64,000 nt of DNA from an uncultured bacterium (GCA_963705505.1 CAVPJU010000006.1:160001-224000); one strand, 5' to 3'; positions 9,213-19,935 are shown, numbered from the stretch's first letter. Numbers and translations: made by a program. The notes: a model not told the origin generated them from the sequence alone.

Positions 9213-10415
9213 TTGAATCCCAGCCAATTCATCACCGATATTATAAATGAAATCAGCATACCGGGTCTCTTCGATATCGCTTTCATGTCTCTTCTTATCT
9301 ACTCGGTACTCGTATTATTCAATAAGACAAAAGCGCGGTTCGTGCTCACGGGCGTAATCATAATCAGTATAATCTACCTCCTGGCCCGCCAGTTTAACCT
9401 GGTACTCACGACCTCGGTGCTCCAGACGTTCTTTGCAGTCATATTTATCGCTCTCATAATAATCTTCCAGGAAGAGATAAGGCAGTTCCTGGAGCAAATC
9501 GCGCTCTGGAGCCTGAACCCGCAGCTGGCCCTGGAGAGATCCCGCGGCTCGTCCCGGGAGGAAATAGAAGTTCTTGTAAATACAATTACCGATCTTGCGA
9601 AGGACAAAATCGGAGCCCTCATCGTCCTCCCCGGAAAAACTACTATAGAGAGGTCGGTCGAAGGGGGCAAGAACCTCAACGGAAAATTAAGTGAGCCGCT
9701 GCTTAAGAGCCTCCTCGATCCTCACTCGATAGGGCATGACGGAGCTATAATTATCGATAATGGAAATGTAGTTAAATTTTCCTGCCATCTTCCGCTTTCG
9801 AAAAACTTCGCCATGCTTCTGAACAGAGGCACAAGGCACGCAGCGGCACTGGGTTTATCGGAGTTAAGCGACGCCCTGTGTCTTGTCGTCTCGGAAGAAA
9901 AAGGCACTGTCTCCGTCGCAAGAAACGGTGAGCTGAGGGAGATCGGAAGCGAGCAGCTCAACCTCATCCTGGAAAAATTTTACAGTGAAGTGAACCCGAT
10001 TAAAAAAAGAACGCACTGGTTTACTTTTTTTACAAAAAATTACAGAGAAAAAGCTATTGCCATATTCATGGCGATCGCTCTCTGGTTCGTCTTTGTACAC
10101 GAATCGAAGCTCGTTTACATGACCTACAACGTTCCGGTCAAATATACTACGCTGCCATCGGACCTTAAGGTCGAGGACATAAAACCCGAGACGGTGAAAG
10201 TTACGTTCCTCGGTCCGAGAAGAGCGTTTTACTTCTTTAACGAGAAGGAGGTCGAGCTTTTCCTCAAGATCCCGGAGGCGAGGAAAGGGATAAAGACGGT
10301 AAATATATCGGAATCGAGTCTGAAATTCCCCAAGGATATTTCTCTTGAAAATATAGAGCCCCGGAGGGTCCTCGTAAGAATCGACAATACCAAGAAGAGC
10401 GGCAATAATAAATGA
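9213..10415 (+). CDS. Membrane diadenylate cyclase (CdaA/DisA_N) fused to a YbbR/CdaR-like domain
   Basis: Three N-terminal TM helices, IIIFQEEIR, HDGA, GTRHAAA, VVSEEKG, then a TM helix and a YbbR-like C-terminus. Confidence 0.88.
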   Translation: MNPSQFITDIINEISIPGLFDIAFMSLLIYSVLVLFNKTKARFVLTGVIIISIIYLLARQFNLVLTTSVLQTFFAVIFIALIIIFQEEIRQFLEQIALWSLNPQLALERSRGSSREEIEVLVNTITDLAKDKIGALIVLPGKTTIERSVEGGKNLNGKLSEPLLKSLLDPHSIGHDGAIIIDNGNVVKFSCHLPLSKNFAMLLNRGTRHAAALGLSELSDALCLVVSEEKGTVSVARNGELREIGSEQLNLILEKFYSEVNPIKKRTHWFTFFTKNYREKAIAIFMAIALWFVFVHESKLVYMTYNVPVKYTTLPSDLKVEDIKPETVKVTFLGPRRAFYFFNEKEVELFLKIPEARKGIKTVNISESSLKFPKDISLENIEPRRVLVRIDNTKKSGNNK

Positions 10416-10514
10416 GTGGCGGCTTTTTTAACGGGCCGTCCCGTCCGCAGCATTGGTAATACTGAGCCAAGAGCCGAGACGGTCGGGTAATGTCACCCTA
10501 CTGCCGAGTCTCAC

Positions 10515-10886
10515 TCAAGCCAGGTCTATCGCATGTTTTTTTAAATCCTCGAGCGAAATGACATCGAGCACGGATTCATGGGTCGACGCGAGTATGACGG
10601 GAGGAGCGAACCCGCTATCAAGCGCTTCCTGCCACCTGAGCGCGCAGAGGCACCACCTGTCCCCCGGCTTTAAGCCCGGAAAATCGTACTCCGGATTCGG
10701 AGTGGTAAGATCATTCCCGCGCAATTTCGAAAATTCCAAGAACTCCCTTGTGACCTCGGTGCAGACAACATGCATGCCGAGGTCCTGAGGACCTGTCCTG
10801 CAGCATCCGTCACGGTAGAATCCGGTCATCGGGGATACCGAGCAGCTCTCGAGTTCTTCGCCGAATACGTTCTTTTCTCTCTGCAT
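10515..10886 (-). CDS. DUF2237 family protein
   Basis: NVFGEELESCS..PMTGFYRDGCC, GNDLTTP, FPGLKPGDRWCLCA.RW. Confidence 0.92.
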   Translation of the reverse strand: MQREKNVFGEELESCSVSPMTGFYRDGCCRTGPQDLGMHVVCTEVTREFLEFSKLRGNDLTTPNPEYDFPGLKPGDRWCLCALRWQEALDSGFAPPVILASTHESVLDVISLEDLKKHAIDLA

Positions 10887-11200
10887 ATCAGCTTCCGTTG
10901 AACTTGAATTGCCAAACGTGTTTCTTTTCTCAATAGATATAATATATCAAGGTCCGGGGCACGTAGAAATCAGGACGAAAAATTTATTTTGTATATCCTG
11001 TTCACCCGAAGCCGGAATTGACAGACCCGGCGGGGAATATAATTCCGCTAAATGACCCGAAACAGTCCGAACCCTATGCCTGTATTCAGGTACTTGATTG
11101 CGAACTCGTGATAGACTTATAATAATACTCATCCGAATATGGCGATTAATGTCAATAATATATACAGCGGTACTTTCAATGAACATATATCGGATGCCCC

Positions 11201-11224
11201 AAACCCCGACGAAATCAGAACGTC
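11201..11224 (+). promoter_or_regulatory. Possible ECF-type autoregulatory promoter
   Basis: AAAC-N16-CGTC directly upstream of the ECF sigma gene; short motif. Confidence 0.3.
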
Positions 11225-11256
11225 TATCGGGACGCGGAACTTAAAACCAGAACTCG

Positions 11257-11817
11257 GTGAGCGGTTTGAATAAATCGCGAGTAGTAGAACGATTCGAAGA
11301 GCAGATGCTGAACCACATGGATTCGGCCTATAATCTTGCGAGGTGGATCACGGGTCACGACCAGGACGCAGAGGACGTAGTGCAGGAGGCTTATATAAGG
11401 GCATTCAGATCGTTCGATAAGTACACGGAGATAAACAGCCTCAGCTGGCTCCTGACAATCGTACGCAACACATCTTATAGCTGGTTAAAGAGCAAGCATG
11501 TACGCAAGCAGCAGGTAGAGTTCGACGAGGCCTTGCATAGTTCGAAACTCGAACCCGGTTATACGGCGGAACGGCACATCGAGACAAGGCAGGAAAAGTT
11601 CTTCAACGCCATGGGTTGCAAAGAGCTGCTCAACAACGCGCTCAAAAACATGCCGCTTATCTTCCGGGAAGTCATTGTGCTGCACGAGATAGAAGGGCTT
11701 TCCTATAAGGAAATCGCCGATATCGTCGGTATACCGATGGGGACGGTCATGTCGAGGTTGTCCCGGGGCAGAAGAAGGTTACAAATGGTTCTTTCAAAAC
11801 GCCTGAAAAGAGGGTAA
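11257..11817 (+). CDS. ECF RNA polymerase sigma factor
   Basis: AYNLARW..DAEDVVQEAY.RAFR (region 2); EGLSYKEIA....PMGTVMSRLSRGR (region 4). Confidence 0.93.
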   Translation: MSGLNKSRVVERFEEQMLNHMDSAYNLARWITGHDQDAEDVVQEAYIRAFRSFDKYTEINSLSWLLTIVRNTSYSWLKSKHVRKQQVEFDEALHSSKLEPGYTAERHIETRQEKFFNAMGCKELLNNALKNMPLIFREVIVLHEIEGLSYKEIADIVGIPMGTVMSRLSRGRRRLQMVLSKRLKRG

Positions 11818-11851
11818 CAGACGGGCGGTTCGGTAGGGATTTTTTATACTG

Positions 11852-12427
11852 TCATCCGAAAGTTACACTCTTAACGGATTCGGTAAGCTCATTAATGTAA
11901 ATATCGGATGTATCTTTCCACTCCTGAGCCAAATAAGGCGTATCAAAAGTTCCCGTAATAAGATTTAAATACGACTCGAGTACCCGAACCATACCGAGTG
12001 AAATCTGCTGGAACGCCTGATTTTTATCATTCCTTGCCCCCGTCCAGCCCCCGTAGAGGTTAATAGCGGTCTGAGCGGATATACGGTTATGATCCACGTG
12101 CAGCAGCTTTAGATGCGAAAAGCTCCCCGAGGCATCATTGAGCGCACCCGTCATAAACCCCTCTTCAAGACCGTCGTTAAGAGATTTCTCTGAAAACTCG
12201 GCTGCCTTGTTCACGGTGTCGGTTAATATTTGAAGAGCCTGAACCGGCTGTTTATCCTTTATTTCCTTTAATTCGTCTACCAGCAGAGCCAGCTCGGAAA
12301 GTAAAAGTAATAGTCCGGTTTCAAGTTCGATCTCGTTCCGAGACCCCCTTTCGGCAGCCGGCCCGCCCGACTTGACGTAGTCCTTATTCTCTCCATCCTG
12401 ATCGACGACGAAAAATTTACGTATCAT
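11852..12427 (-). CDS. Hypothetical helical protein
   Basis: 191-aa ORF co-oriented 54 bp downstream of the MshEN-receiver gene; no family recognised. Confidence 0.7.
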   Translation of the reverse strand: MIRKFFVVDQDGENKDYVKSGGPAAERGSRNEIELETGLLLLLSELALLVDELKEIKDKQPVQALQILTDTVNKAAEFSEKSLNDGLEEGFMTGALNDASGSFSHLKLLHVDHNRISAQTAINLYGGWTGARNDKNQAFQQISLGMVRVLESYLNLITGTFDTPYLAQEWKDTSDIYINELTESVKSVTFG

Positions 12428-12481
12428 GTTTGCGTGTCCCGATACATCTCCCTATTTATATACCGTATGTCCCGTGTCCCA

Positions 12482-14323
12482 TTACCCGGCATACTTCTCC
12501 ACAGCTTCAACAAGAGAATCGGCCCCGAAAGGTTTGGTTATATAGTCGCTCGCCCCCGACATCTTCACTTTCATCTTATCGAGAACCCCGAGCTTTCCTG
12601 ACAGCATCACCACAGGTATATCCTTTGTCAGCCCATGACTTTTAACAACTTTACAGAGCTGGTAACCGTCCATGTGGGGCAATTTAATGTCAACGAATAT
12701 CAAATCGGGAATCGCTTCATTAATCTTTGCAAGAGCCTGCATCCCGTCGCCTGCCGCAGATACCCTGTACCCGGCCCTTTCAAGTGTTATCCTCATAATT
12801 TTTTGGACCGTGGGACTTACATCCACTATCAGAATCGAGCGCCTGGCATCGTCTCCTTTTGTCTCAGGCTCGACTGACTTAGCGGAATTCATAATCGGAG
12901 CGATTTCGGAAGGTTCCTCTCCCGAAACTGTATGCCCGCCGCCGAGACCCTCTTCAGTCCCGCGGGATTCGGTACTGTTACTCGAATTGTGTTCCCGGGC
13001 GGAGGAGTAATTGACCGCATTCCCTGCATTATCCTCATTATCAGAATTAATTTCCCGGTCTTCAACAAACTCTACTGCAGGAGAGCGGTCATTCTCATCG
13101 GCTTCAGGTTCATGTGAGCCGCCCCCTTGCCCTTCAACACCGTCCTCTTCGGATCCATCGAGTCCATCTTCCGATCCCGCATGAACAGCCTCTTCTGCAG
13201 CGCTCGTTTCCGGGGAAAATTCTTTATGGCTAATTACTCCATTCTCCGGCGGTGGGGTAAAACCGATTCCTCCCCCGCCGTCTGCTCCGGTATCCGATTC
13301 CTCGGTAAAATCAGGACTCTCGGATTCAATATCATTTTTTATTTGAGAAAAAAAGTTCTCAGCCTGTGAAGAACTATTTTCGGCGCGATCATTACCCGAA
13401 TCATCGTCGCGTTTAATTTCTTTTCCTGAAATTCCGCCATTTTCATCCTGTGAATACGACTCCTCGGCGCCAGCCCTCATCCCAAGCACTTCATCATGGG
13501 CTGAGCCTGCCCGAGACCCGTCTCCCGACATAGAGAACCCCGCACCGGAATCCGGAGCCGGGGAGCCGGAACCTCCAGCCGATGCATCCGTAAAATCGAA
13601 AACAAATTTATCATCCGGCTTATTCACACCTTCTCTATTTTCTTTTATGACCTCCGACTTTACAGACTCTACGTTAAAATCAACTGAGCCCGAATCGAGC
13701 CCCGCGTTTAAAAGCTCCTCTTCAGAGCCCGTGAAATTATTCACGGACGACTGATCTCTCTTATACTGATCGATCTCTTTTATAATGTCGTCTATCGGGC
13801 TGCTTTTTCTATCTGAAAATAAGTAAGCCTCATTTGTCCTGTCCGTATTCCCGGACTCACCGGATACTTCGTCATCCGGAAGCGCCCCGGCGGATTCCCT
13901 TTCGCCGTAATATTTGGATAGCTTATTCTTTATCGACCTTTCCGAAGAAACCACGGGTTTAATGTTTTTACCCGTAATAAACCCCAGGTCGTCGAGCAGT
14001 AAAATATTAGAGGGGTCGGACAGGGCAATCGTTAAATCCGTGCCTTCAACCCTGATGGGTACCAAAAATTTTTCAAGCGCAATGTCTTTCGGAATCAGAT
14101 TTACAACGCTTTCCTCTATATCGCAGTCATCTATATCCATGACCGGAACGCCGTACTCATTGCCCAGAAATTCGATTAATTGCGGTTCGGTGATGTATCC
14201 CAGATTAACCAAAGCCTCTCCCAGCTCGTATCCGGAATCCCTCTGGAGCTCCATAGCCTCCCTGATCTGCTCCAGGTTGACTAAAGCTCCCCTAACCAGC
14301 AATTTTGCCAGATGCATTCTCAT
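12482..14323 (-). CDS. MshEN/PilB-N domain, acidic linker and C-terminal receiver domain protein
   Basis: N-terminal LAKLLV..EQIREAMELQ..ELGEALVNLGYITE plus ALSDPSN (PilB/GspE N-domain); C-terminal REC (ILIVD, PDLIFVDIKLPHMDGYQLC, DYITKPF). Start 14323 chosen because a sigma-54 promoter lies inside the longer ORF (to 14443). Confidence 0.85.
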   Translation of the reverse strand: MRMHLAKLLVRGALVNLEQIREAMELQRDSGYELGEALVNLGYITEPQLIEFLGNEYGVPVMDIDDCDIEESVVNLIPKDIALEKFLVPIRVEGTDLTIALSDPSNILLLDDLGFITGKNIKPVVSSERSIKNKLSKYYGERESAGALPDDEVSGESGNTDRTNEAYLFSDRKSSPIDDIIKEIDQYKRDQSSVNNFTGSEEELLNAGLDSGSVDFNVESVKSEVIKENREGVNKPDDKFVFDFTDASAGGSGSPAPDSGAGFSMSGDGSRAGSAHDEVLGMRAGAEESYSQDENGGISGKEIKRDDDSGNDRAENSSSQAENFFSQIKNDIESESPDFTEESDTGADGGGGIGFTPPPENGVISHKEFSPETSAAEEAVHAGSEDGLDGSEEDGVEGQGGGSHEPEADENDRSPAVEFVEDREINSDNEDNAGNAVNYSSAREHNSSNSTESRGTEEGLGGGHTVSGEEPSEIAPIMNSAKSVEPETKGDDARRSILIVDVSPTVQKIMRITLERAGYRVSAAGDGMQALAKINEAIPDLIFVDIKLPHMDGYQLCKVVKSHGLTKDIPVVMLSGKLGVLDKMKVKMSGASDYITKPFGADSLVEAVEKYAG

Positions 14324-14335
14324 AATATTGAAGAG

Positions 14336-14351
14336 AGCAATTATCATGCCA
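14336..14351 (-). promoter_or_regulatory. Sigma-54 (-24/-12) promoter of the MshEN-receiver gene
   Basis: Minus strand TGGCATGATAATTGCT, GG-N10-GC spacing. Confidence 0.7.
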
Positions 14352-14780
14352 TATGCAAAAGAATGCATAGCTCCGGTGTAAGTGCCAGAAATTACTTTAT
14401 TAAATACTTCGAAACGACCTGTTATTTTCCTGAAAACTGACAAAAAACGTCAATGACATGAAATCAATGCACAGTAGAGCCGTAAAGTTCATGGCCGGAA
14501 CATAATGAAATAACCGGATGAGGCTATCTAAATTCAAGGCTGGAGAAACGAGAATGAAGGCGTAATCCCTCTCGCACACTTATAAGCCCGGCTTATTGTC
14601 CGATCAAGAGTTAGGTCCGGAATCGTGCCGATGAATAAATTCACGGCTGAGGATGATGAAGACTCATATTGTCCCGACTCGCAGTTGACGTAGGGACGTT
14701 TCCGGAATCAGACCTTATACGGTTTCTTCATCTTTGTTCATGTGCTGAGTAACGATACGGTTTCAAACATACTCGGGGAA

Positions 14781-14818
14781 TGTTTAATTTTTGGAATGCT
14801 TTGCTTAAGTTTTAGGCA
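14781..14818. promoter_or_regulatory. Putative NtrC-family enhancer sites
   Basis: 17-bp TGCTTAAGTTTTAGGCA (14802-14818, TGC-N11-GCA) and a weaker TGTTTAATTTTTGGAAT 21 bp upstream, ahead of the glnB sigma-54 promoter. Confidence 0.55.
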
Positions 14819-14878
14819 CTTACACGGGATACTCTATTATAAACCCCTATTATTATTGATTGAAAAGCTTTTCGATAA

Positions 14879-15262
<384 letters not shown>

Positions 15263-15301
15263 TCAAGTGAATTTTAAAACCACAGGAGGAGCAGTACGAA
15301 T

Positions 15302-16768
15302 ATGCCTACAGCAAGAAAGACCAAAAGCAAAGGAGGACCCGAGGAAATGTTTCCCAAAAAGCCCTCGGATGTATTAAAAATAATTAAGGATAACAGCGTA
15401 GAAATGATAGATCTGCGCTTTCTGGACTTTGTGGGAATGTGGCAGCATTTCAGCGTCCCCGCACATGTATTCGAACCCGGGACTTTCGAAGAAGGTCTCG
15501 GATTCGACGGATCGAGCATCAGAGGATGGCAGTCTATCCACGCAAGCGACATGCTCGTTATTCCCGACCCTGAAACAGCCAGAATAGACCCTTTTATGGC
15601 TCACCCGACTATGGCCATTATTTGCGATATCGTAGACCCGATAACCCGCGAGCCTTATTCCCGCGACCCCCGCAACATAGCCAAGAAGGCTGCGGCCTAT
15701 CTGAGGAGCACGGGCATAGGAGATACAGCGTTTTTCGGACCTGAGCTCGAATTCTTTATTTTCGACGACGTGAGGTACGACCAGACTTCGAACTCGGGAT
15801 ATTACTTTGTGGATTCAATCGAGGGAATATGGAATTCGGGAAGGGATGAAAACCCCAACCTGGGTTACAAGCCGAGGCATAAGGAAGGTTATTTCCCCAC
15901 GCCTCCCTCGGACACGTTTCAGGATATGCGTTCCGAAATGGTCAAAGAGCTCGAGAATCTCGGCATCGAGATCGAAGCCCACCATCACGAAGTCGCGACC
16001 GCCGGTCAATGTGAAATCGATATGAGGTTCTCCCCGATCGTACAGATGGGGGATCAGATGATGTGGTATAAATACGTGCTAAGAAACGTCGCTAAAAGAC
16101 ACGGAAAGACCGTTACATTCATGCCAAAGCCCTTGTTCGAGGATAACGGCTCGGGTATGCACGTTCACCAGTCGATATGGAAAAAGGATAAACCGCTTTT
16201 TGCAGGTAACGGCTATGCCGGTATGAGCGACCTTGCCATGAACTATATAGGCGGAATCTTAAAACACGCAAGGGCGATATGCGCATTGACCAACCCTACG
16301 ACCAACTCCTACAGGCGTCTCGTACCGGGTTTTGAAGCCCCGGTGAACCTTGCTTATTCCGCAAGGAACAGGAGCGCGGCAATAAGGATCCCAATGTACT
16401 CCCCTAGCCCCAAGGCTAAAAGGCTCGAGTGCAGATTCCCAGATCCTTCATGCAACGGCTATCTCGCATTCTCCGCAATGCTGATGGCGGGTCTTGACGG
16501 CATCGAGAAGAAGCTTAGCCCTGGCGAACCTCTGGATAAAGATATTTATGCATTGGGTCCCGAGGAATTAGCCGGTATCCCGAATGTTCCGGGATCGCTC
16601 GAGGACGCTCTCAAGGCACTCGAGAACGACCACGAATTCCTAATGAAGGGCGATGTCTTTACCGAAGACGTTATAGAAACCTGGATCGAATACAAGACGG
16701 ATAAGGAAGTAAACCCCGTGAAGCTGAGACCCGTGCCTTACGAGTTCAAGCTTTATTTCGATGTGTAA
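15302..16768 (+). CDS. glnA: Glutamine synthetase type I
   Basis: [45 protein letters not shown], adenylylation site DKDIY. Alternative start 15347. Confidence 0.97.
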   Translation: MPTARKTKSKGGPEEMFPKKPSDVLKIIKDNSVEMIDLRFLDFVGMWQHFSVPAHVFEPGTFEEGLGFDGSSIRGWQSIHASDMLVIPDPETARIDPFMAHPTMAIICDIVDPITREPYSRDPRNIAKKAAAYLRSTGIGDTAFFGPELEFFIFDDVRYDQTSNSGYYFVDSIEGIWNSGRDENPNLGYKPRHKEGYFPTPPSDTFQDMRSEMVKELENLGIEIEAHHHEVATAGQCEIDMRFSPIVQMGDQMMWYKYVLRNVAKRHGKTVTFMPKPLFEDNGSGMHVHQSIWKKDKPLFAGNGYAGMSDLAMNYIGGILKHARAICALTNPTTNSYRRLVPGFEAPVNLAYSARNRSAAIRIPMYSPSPKAKRLECRFPDPSCNGYLAFSAMLMAGLDGIEKKLSPGEPLDKDIYALGPEELAGIPNVPGSLEDALKALENDHEFLMKGDVFTEDVIETWIEYKTDKEVNPVKLRPVPYEFKLYFDV

Positions 16769-16803
16769 ATAAGACGCCTGAAGGCGTACCGAAGATTACA
16801 AAA

Positions 16804-16838
16804 GGCGGCGGCCACGAAAAGGCTGCCGCCTTTTTTTT
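16804..16838 (+). terminator. Rho-independent terminator after glnA
   Basis: GGCGGCGGCC-ACGAAAA-GGCTGCCGCC stem-loop followed by T8. Confidence 0.9.
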
Positions 16839-17014
16839 ATCCCTCAACAATAGAACATTCATTAAAAACCGGCTGAGACTGCGGAGTAAAAAAAGTTCGC
16901 TGCGCCGAGGGAGTTTGAATCGAGGCTGGCAGATCGGGCATGTCGGTTTTAAACGAAGAGGCGATAGGAATAAATTGAAACTGCCGAATCGGATGAAGGG
17001 AAACTAAGCCCGTC

Positions 17015-18991
17015 CTAAAAGCTCTGCCACAATATTATGAAAGCCAGTATTGCAAGCGCCCCTATTGCCATTAGCGTGGCGTAGCTGCGCAGCACCCCGC
17101 TCTGTGCGGCCTGAAGTGTCAACGCCATCTCTTTTAAAATATCGGCAACGCCGTTTACTGCTCCGTCAATAAATCTCAAATCGAATTTCGAAGCCTGCTC
17201 CGAAAGGTATTTAAACGGCTGAACAAAGATATAATCGTAGAGCTCATCCACATACCATTTGTTCAGGGACCCCTCATATAAGGGCTCGATATTCTCATTT
17301 GAGGCAATCTTATCGGGAAGAGAAGGTTTTATGTAGTACAAATAGAAGGCGGCAATGATACCCGCGGCGGCGGCAGTGATAGAAAATACGATCAGCGTAG
17401 TATGGCCGAATAGATGATGACCTGCGGAAATTACACTATCCATCGTGATCGAGGAAGAAACGAACTTATCGAACAAATTGGATTCATGGATGCCTACAAG
17501 CTCGCCCATGAATTCTGGGACCCCCATGTACCCCCCTATGACGGAAAGAACCGCGAGAATCATGAGAGGAATCGTCATAGTCCAAGGGGATTCATGTATA
17601 TGATCCCTTATCTTATCCGCAACCCTCGACTTACCCTCGAACGTCAGTAGATAGAGCCTGCCCATATACAGAGCGGTCAATATGACCGTAACGATGCCGA
17701 TCAGCCAATGGATAAAGTACCCGCGCTCATAGACAGCGCCCAGTATCGCATCCTTGCTGAAAAAACCCGAAAAGAACGGTATGCCGGCTATGGCCAGAGT
17801 GCCTATAAAAAACGTTATGGCCGTGGTCGGGATAAATTTTCTGAGCCCGCCCATGTGCCTGATATCCTGCTCGCCTGAAAGTGCGTGTATAACGCTTCCC
17901 GAACCTAAAAACAGGAGCGCTTTAAAGAATGCATGTGTTACGAGGTGGAACAAGCCCGCTGTATATGCCCCTACGCCGATCCCCATGAACATATACCCGA
18001 GCTGGCTTATGGTTGAATAAGCGAGCACCTTTTTTATGTCGTTTTGAGTAATGGCGATCGTGGCGGCCAGGAAGGATGTCAAAGCCGCGACGGTAACCAC
18101 GACCATCTGGGCTGTCGGCGATTGTGAGTATATTACGTTACACCTCGCGATCATATATGCGCCGGCAGTGACCATTGTAGCCGCATGTATGAGCGCGCTC
18201 ACCGGGGTGGGTCCCGCCATTGCGTCCGGGAGCCATACATATAGCGGTATCTGAGCGGATTTGCCGACCGCTCCGACGAAGAGGAGTAATGCAATCACAG
18301 TGATTACGGCCGCGGGGACAGCACTCATGAATGCGGGGTCCGAAGCCTTTCCGAACACCTCCTGATAATTCACGGAGCCGAATACAAAGAATATGAGGAA
18401 GATTCCGAGAATAAAACCGAAATCGCCTATCCTGTTCACGATAAAAGCTTTTCTTCCGGCGTTCGCGTTCTCCGGGTTTTCGTACCAGAAGCCGATAAGG
18501 AGGTATGATGCGAGCCCGACCCCTTCCCAGCCGACAAACATGAGCGGGAAACTGTTCCCGAGAACCAGCGTCAGCATGAAGAAAATAAAGATATTCAAGT
18601 AAGTGAAATACTTCGAATAAGCCTTGTCGTCGTGCATGTATCCGACCGAATACACATGTATCAGGAAGCCGACCCAGGTGACGATGAGCGCCATTACGCA
18701 GGAGAGCGTATCGAAAAGGAGCTCGAAGCTGACCGTAAAGCTGCCGGAAGGAATCCATTCAAAGAGGTTTTGTATTATCTCTCTCCGGGACGGCTCGACG
18801 GATAGAAGCCTGAAGAAGAGCACCGACGAAATGAGCGCGGATATCAACACTACGCCGCAGCCTACAATACTGACCACGGTTTTTTCCGTATGCTCGTCGC
18901 CGCGGAGATACTTCTTCCAGAATCCCGAGGCAAAAAAAAGCCCGTTCACGACCGCACCGATGAGTGGAACCAGAATAATCCAGACTGTCAT
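17015..18991 (-). CDS. nuoL: NADH-quinone oxidoreductase subunit L
   Basis: FVGWEGVGLASYLLIGFW, GKSAQIPLYVWLPDAMAGPTPVSALIHAATMV, KKVLAYSTISQLGYM. Confidence 0.96.
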   Translation of the reverse strand: MTVWIILVPLIGAVVNGLFFASGFWKKYLRGDEHTEKTVVSIVGCGVVLISALISSVLFFRLLSVEPSRREIIQNLFEWIPSGSFTVSFELLFDTLSCVMALIVTWVGFLIHVYSVGYMHDDKAYSKYFTYLNIFIFFMLTLVLGNSFPLMFVGWEGVGLASYLLIGFWYENPENANAGRKAFIVNRIGDFGFILGIFLIFFVFGSVNYQEVFGKASDPAFMSAVPAAVITVIALLLFVGAVGKSAQIPLYVWLPDAMAGPTPVSALIHAATMVTAGAYMIARCNVIYSQSPTAQMVVVTVAALTSFLAATIAITQNDIKKVLAYSTISQLGYMFMGIGVGAYTAGLFHLVTHAFFKALLFLGSGSVIHALSGEQDIRHMGGLRKFIPTTAITFFIGTLAIAGIPFFSGFFSKDAILGAVYERGYFIHWLIGIVTVILTALYMGRLYLLTFEGKSRVADKIRDHIHESPWTMTIPLMILAVLSVIGGYMGVPEFMGELVGIHESNLFDKFVSSSITMDSVISAGHHLFGHTTLIVFSITAAAAGIIAAFYLYYIKPSLPDKIASNENIEPLYEGSLNKWYVDELYDYIFVQPFKYLSEQASKFDLRFIDGAVNGVADILKEMALTLQAAQSGVLRSYATLMAIGALAILAFIILWQSF

Positions 18992-18997
18992 ATTTAT

Positions 18998-19303
18998 CTA
19001 ACCTTTGAGAATTTTTAATATATCTATGTCCAGGGTCTCCCGGTGCGCGTAAACCGCCACGACGAGAGCGAGCCCCACCGCTACTTCGGCTGCGGCGACG
19101 GTGATGGACATAATCATGAAGACCTGACCGGTCATGTCGTTATAGGCCCTCGAGAAAGCGACGAAAGCGAGGTTGGCGGAATTCAGCATCAGCTCGAGAG
19201 ACATCAGAACCACAATCAGGTTCCTCCTGGCGATTACTCCGTAGGCCCCTATTACGAACAATATAGCGCTCAGAACAAAATAATGCCCGATAGAAATACC
19301 CAA
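18998..19303 (-). CDS. nuoK: NADH-quinone oxidoreductase subunit K
   Basis: RRNLIVVLMSLELMLN, VAAAEVAVGLA. Confidence 0.95.
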   Translation of the reverse strand: MGISIGHYFVLSAILFVIGAYGVIARRNLIVVLMSLELMLNSANLAFVAFSRAYNDMTGQVFMIMSITVAAAEVAVGLALVVAVYAHRETLDIDILKILKG

Positions 19304-19304
19304 C

Positions 19305-19844
19305 TCAGCTTTCCCTCCTTTTCGCTATTGCGACAACGCCGACTATTGCAGCCACGATCAGAACCGACGTAAGCTCGAAGGGCAGAAGATAATCGCTGAA
19401 AAGCAGTTTCCCGACACCCTCAACCGTACCGAACCCTTCCGTGAGGGAAGGGGAGGTATAACCCTGAGAAAAGGCCTTGTTAAAAGCCACGCTCGCGAAA
19501 TAACCCGTAAACAGCAAAACGACGAGCAAGACGCTCGTTTTAAAAGCCATGTTCCGCGCGTCGAACCTGAGCGCGTCCGGCCTGAGGTTCAGAAACATTA
19601 CCGTAAACAGGAATAAAACCATTATCGCCCCGGCATAAACAAGTATCTGGATGGCCGCAACGAAATGGGCCAGGAGAAGGACAAAAAGTACAGCCGTCGA
19701 GAAGAGGGTCAGAACGAGCGACAGAGCGCTCGAGACAGGATTCCTGTGCGTGATGACGAGCAGCGCGCCTGCGACTGAGAGGGCGGCAAAGAGATAAAAT
19801 ACTACCGTTTCCAAACCGTACAAACCTCCCGGATTTATGGACAA
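19305..19844 (-). CDS. nuoJ: NADH-quinone oxidoreductase subunit J
   Basis: RNPVSSAL, QILVYAGAIMVLFLF, YLLPFELTS. Confidence 0.94.
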   Translation of the reverse strand: MSINPGGLYGLETVVFYLFAALSVAGALLVITHRNPVSSALSLVLTLFSTAVLFVLLLAHFVAAIQILVYAGAIMVLFLFTVMFLNLRPDALRFDARNMAFKTSVLLVVLLFTGYFASVAFNKAFSQGYTSPSLTEGFGTVEGVGKLLFSDYLLPFELTSVLIVAAIVGVVAIAKRRES

Positions 19845-19935
19845 GTAAGCTGGGTAAGAGGTTAATGAATTATATGTGAGATAGCGGGATAGTCAAACAT
19901 TCGAGTATATAAACAAGGGGACAAATACTTATCCT

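Noticed and set aside
11018..11043. TTGACA...TATAAT perfect hexamers
   Set aside because: Spacer is only 14 bp.
14324..14443. N-terminal extension of ORF 12482..14443
   Set aside because: Overlaps a strong sigma-54 promoter, and domain similarity starts at MRMHL.
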